Shown here piece after piece: positions 60,916 to 64,000 of a DNA stretch of 64,000 bases. The notes under the pieces are model-generated. The model did not search any database and was not told the origin of the DNA. It was given only the letters and a program-made list of their open reading frames with translations. The stretch is from the human T2T-CHM13v2.0 reference genome, Homo sapiens. The stretch's first letter is position 1; each line of letters starts with the position of its first letter. A program made the position numbers and the translations under genes. The stretch lies in assembly GCF_009914755.1 (NCBI RefSeq), contig NC_060926.1; one strand, given 5' to 3'.

Positions 60916-63900
60916 TGCATGCCTCTCACTGGTCTATATTTGAAGGTGACATTTCAACAGATGTTCTGAATAAAGTCACTCCCGACACTTAATGTGAAGA
61001 ATTCTGACTATACCTGACCTATCTAGAACTCCAATAAATGTTTTGTGGATAAACTTTGGAAATGTCATCTGAGTCTCAGATTACTAAATGAAAAAGATTT
61101 CTTATATAAAATAATATGCCCTTCAATTTATTTTAGTTAACTTAATGTTCAAAGATTTTATTCTTTAACATCAATGTTATTAATATAAAATCAGTTTCCA
61201 TCTATTTCAAGTACCACACATAGCCATATTTCTGAATGACCTAAGTTACAGCAACAAAGTAAATTACTTTTATTTTTGATGTTTTCATAATTAAATGACT
61301 CATAAAAGTGGTTAAATTGTAAGATAAATGGACTATAACCACCCTCAGCCACTTTCTAGGTACATGGCAAATATCTTAGACTTTCTGTAATAGTCTTCAT
61401 CTATTAAATCCAGAGGTTAGGTTAAATGGATGTTACATCCTCTATGAGTTCCCCTGGCCTCAGGACCTTTCAATACAGAAATACTGTCTAGACATCTGCT
61501 GAATTGTTGCCAATTTATTCAGTTCTTCCACTTCCAAAAAAGTAAATTTAAAAATGGGCCACCAGAGTACATTTAAATTTTAATGAGAGTTATACTCCTT
61601 TGTTTACATATTTTCTTATTACTTACCTAGATTTTTTTAAAGTCACATATCAAATCAGAATTATGTCTTAATATTTTAGCATTCTTTGACATTCCATTTT
61701 GCAAGGAGATACAATTCAAGTTGAACTTGGGAATTTATACACATTGGTAATTAGTTGAGCCTTGTAAATTGCAGACTTTATTTCCCCATACTGGATCTCT
61801 GAGATATTGTGTCAAGACATGAAACTATATGTCAAGATGTGGGGAAATATGTGCCAAAGTGTTACGGCTTAATTGAAAACACAGCTCCTGAAAAAAAAAG
61901 TGGAAAATTGTAGAATGCAAAAAGAACATTTAACATGTTTGGAGTGGATCAAAGATATCCACATACTCTGTGGATTCTTTACTGTGGAAATGAGCCATAA
62001 GTTTTCAATAAAGCAGTCAGGAATATTTCATAGTATTTCCCCCCTTTGTGAAATAATTAATAACAGAATAAAGAAAAGATATGAAGACTTGTTAGAAGTG
62101 ACAAAAAGAACATGAGTAAGTTATCCTGAATAAATGGAAAAGTGCTGGGAAAGCATTGGAAAAGTTTATACAGGTGCTGTTCCTCATATATACAAATTTT
62201 TGTTTTCCTCTCTAACCATCATTGTTCTAGCCATTCTGTGTCTTTAAGAAGACCTTTTGTGTATCACAGCCAGCAGAGATTGTACCCTCTCTCCAAATAG
62301 CAACAGTACTTGTAAAAAGTATGTGAAGTCAAGTAGGATCTCTTCTAACTATCTTATGTTTGTGAAACACTTCTCTCATGTGGCTATAAGCTTCCTGAGG
62401 GCAGAGATGATTTCATAGTTCTTTTTTCACACCCGTAGCACAGTGGCAATCACCTACTGTGAAGATAAATGCTTACTGCTTAAAGCCAGAATGATTCAAT
62501 CATAGTAATAGTTATTGGCTGCCTATTCTATGTCCCAACACAGGCTGATGCAGAAATTGCTTTCTATCCCAAGGGGGCACCTCAGTGCTTTTTCACGTAG
62601 GGAATATTTTTCAAATATTGTCATACAAAGCTGAAGCACTGGGGTTTGAAGGTATGTAAAGTAGTCCTGAAATTCATCTGCGGATGTATGTTGGCCCTGA
62701 CACATCTTCCTGGAAAGGAGGTGGAATTAATTAACTGCCTAATTCCCAGGGATAGGAGAGTTGAGGTTTTGGGGTAACAAAATGTAAACCTGTCTCTGAA
62801 CATTAGGAAACTGGAATAATCAGTGGAATGCTTTAGTATCTTCATTAATAAAGGCACAGATTTTATTACAATGCTTTTAAGTCCTAGCAACACCAAATTT
62901 TTTCCTAATCTATTGATAAACACTAAACCAAGAGATTTTCATTCTATGTGGAAAGTAAAAATATTGATTCCTATCATATTCTGCGTTCCGTGTGAAACAC
63001 ATCACATAAAGATGGGCATTTTGCTCTTGAGACAAATTTAGAGGTAGGCTCTTTCCACCCATTTCGCATAAGATAAAACTCAGGCTCAAAAAAATAAGTA
63101 TCTTTTCCAATTTCACAGAACTAAAAACAAGATGAGCCCTACATAAAGGATGTTCTATGGGATTTACTTTTCCACTTCTGCTTTCTATTGTATATGATTG
63201 TATGAAACAGGGTGGTATGCCTTAATATTCTTGCAACTAATTCTTAAAAATACAAGAATAATTAGAAAAATAAATATTAAAGTAGAACAATTTCACATTT
63301 TCAGCTATTGTGTTTATTGAAAATTTAACAGTAGTTGCATAAAAGTACTTGATGTCATTATCTTTTCTTCCAACAGAAAAACAATAAAATCTATATAATT
63401 TAATTTTACATTTGAAGTAAATGCTAGTCACAATAACCTATAAAGTTATTCTCTGGAAAGTTTTTCTGTAAAACAAATGTTACTGTTTTTAATTAGACTA
63501 CATTGTATGCACAATTTCACATTTGATGCTGAAATGGGAAATTAAAGAATTCAATCTCATTGGCCTTAAGTCAGTTCAAAATAAAAAATAACATCTCATT
63601 TTGGAGTTTAAGCCATAAACACAGCTTTAAAAGTTCTGTTTTTGAAGTTTAAGTTGGTCTTTTTTCATCATTTGGAAGTTTCAATTTTTAGCACACGCTA
63701 CCTCGTATATATACACTCCTGTTTCTCCTGCCCAGAAAATAATGCCATTATAAAAACAGTTTTGAGAGGGTAAAACAAAAGCAATAGAGAAAAGAAAAAA
63801 AAAAAAAAACTCTTCAGAGATTTTCTTTGTAAAGATGTTTGGAGTAATTTCAATAGCTCTATCTCATTTGTAATGCATAGCACATTTACTATAATTATTT

Positions 63901-63954
63901 TTCTCTCAGATAGCCACTGCCGAAATCACTCCTGCTTAGCTTCCATCAGCAATG

Positions 63955-63977
63955 GATTGGGTTACCTAGGAGACGTG
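63955..63977. promoter_or_regulatory. Candidate RFX X-box with adjacent CCAAT box
   Basis: GTTACCTAGGAGAC at 63961-63974 (reverse complement GTCTCCTAGGTAAC) is a near-palindromic X-box, directly preceded by ATTGG. Motif match only. Confidence 0.4.
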
Positions 63978-64000
63978 CTTGTATTCAATCTAAAACAGAA

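Overview
AT-rich, gene-poor primate (human-like) genomic DNA dominated by transposable elements. It holds two near-full-length but inactive L1PA copies (16.8-22.4 kb on -, 43.4-49.0 kb on +), a nested L1MC/L1PA/Alu cluster at 38-49 kb, truncated L1s, Alus, MaLR/ERV solo LTRs, MER2/MER5A DNA transposon relics, L2 fragments and TA/CA simple repeats. I recognise no protein-coding exon, and every ORF with recognisable homology is a broken piece of L1 ORF1 or ORF2. The most unusual signal is at the 3' end of the minus-strand L1PA5/6 copy (16,786-17,123): about 20 or more strand-specific A>G changes on the L1 sense strand (T>C on +), nearly all with A or U as 5' neighbour. This looks like ADAR hyper-editing of the L1 RNA fixed into the genome by retrotransposition. 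The same insertion also carries a 54-bp non-L1, CpG-containing filler inside its target-site duplication. Repeat subfamily calls and consensus comparisons are by eye from remembered consensus sequences and in-window copies, and boundaries are approximate.
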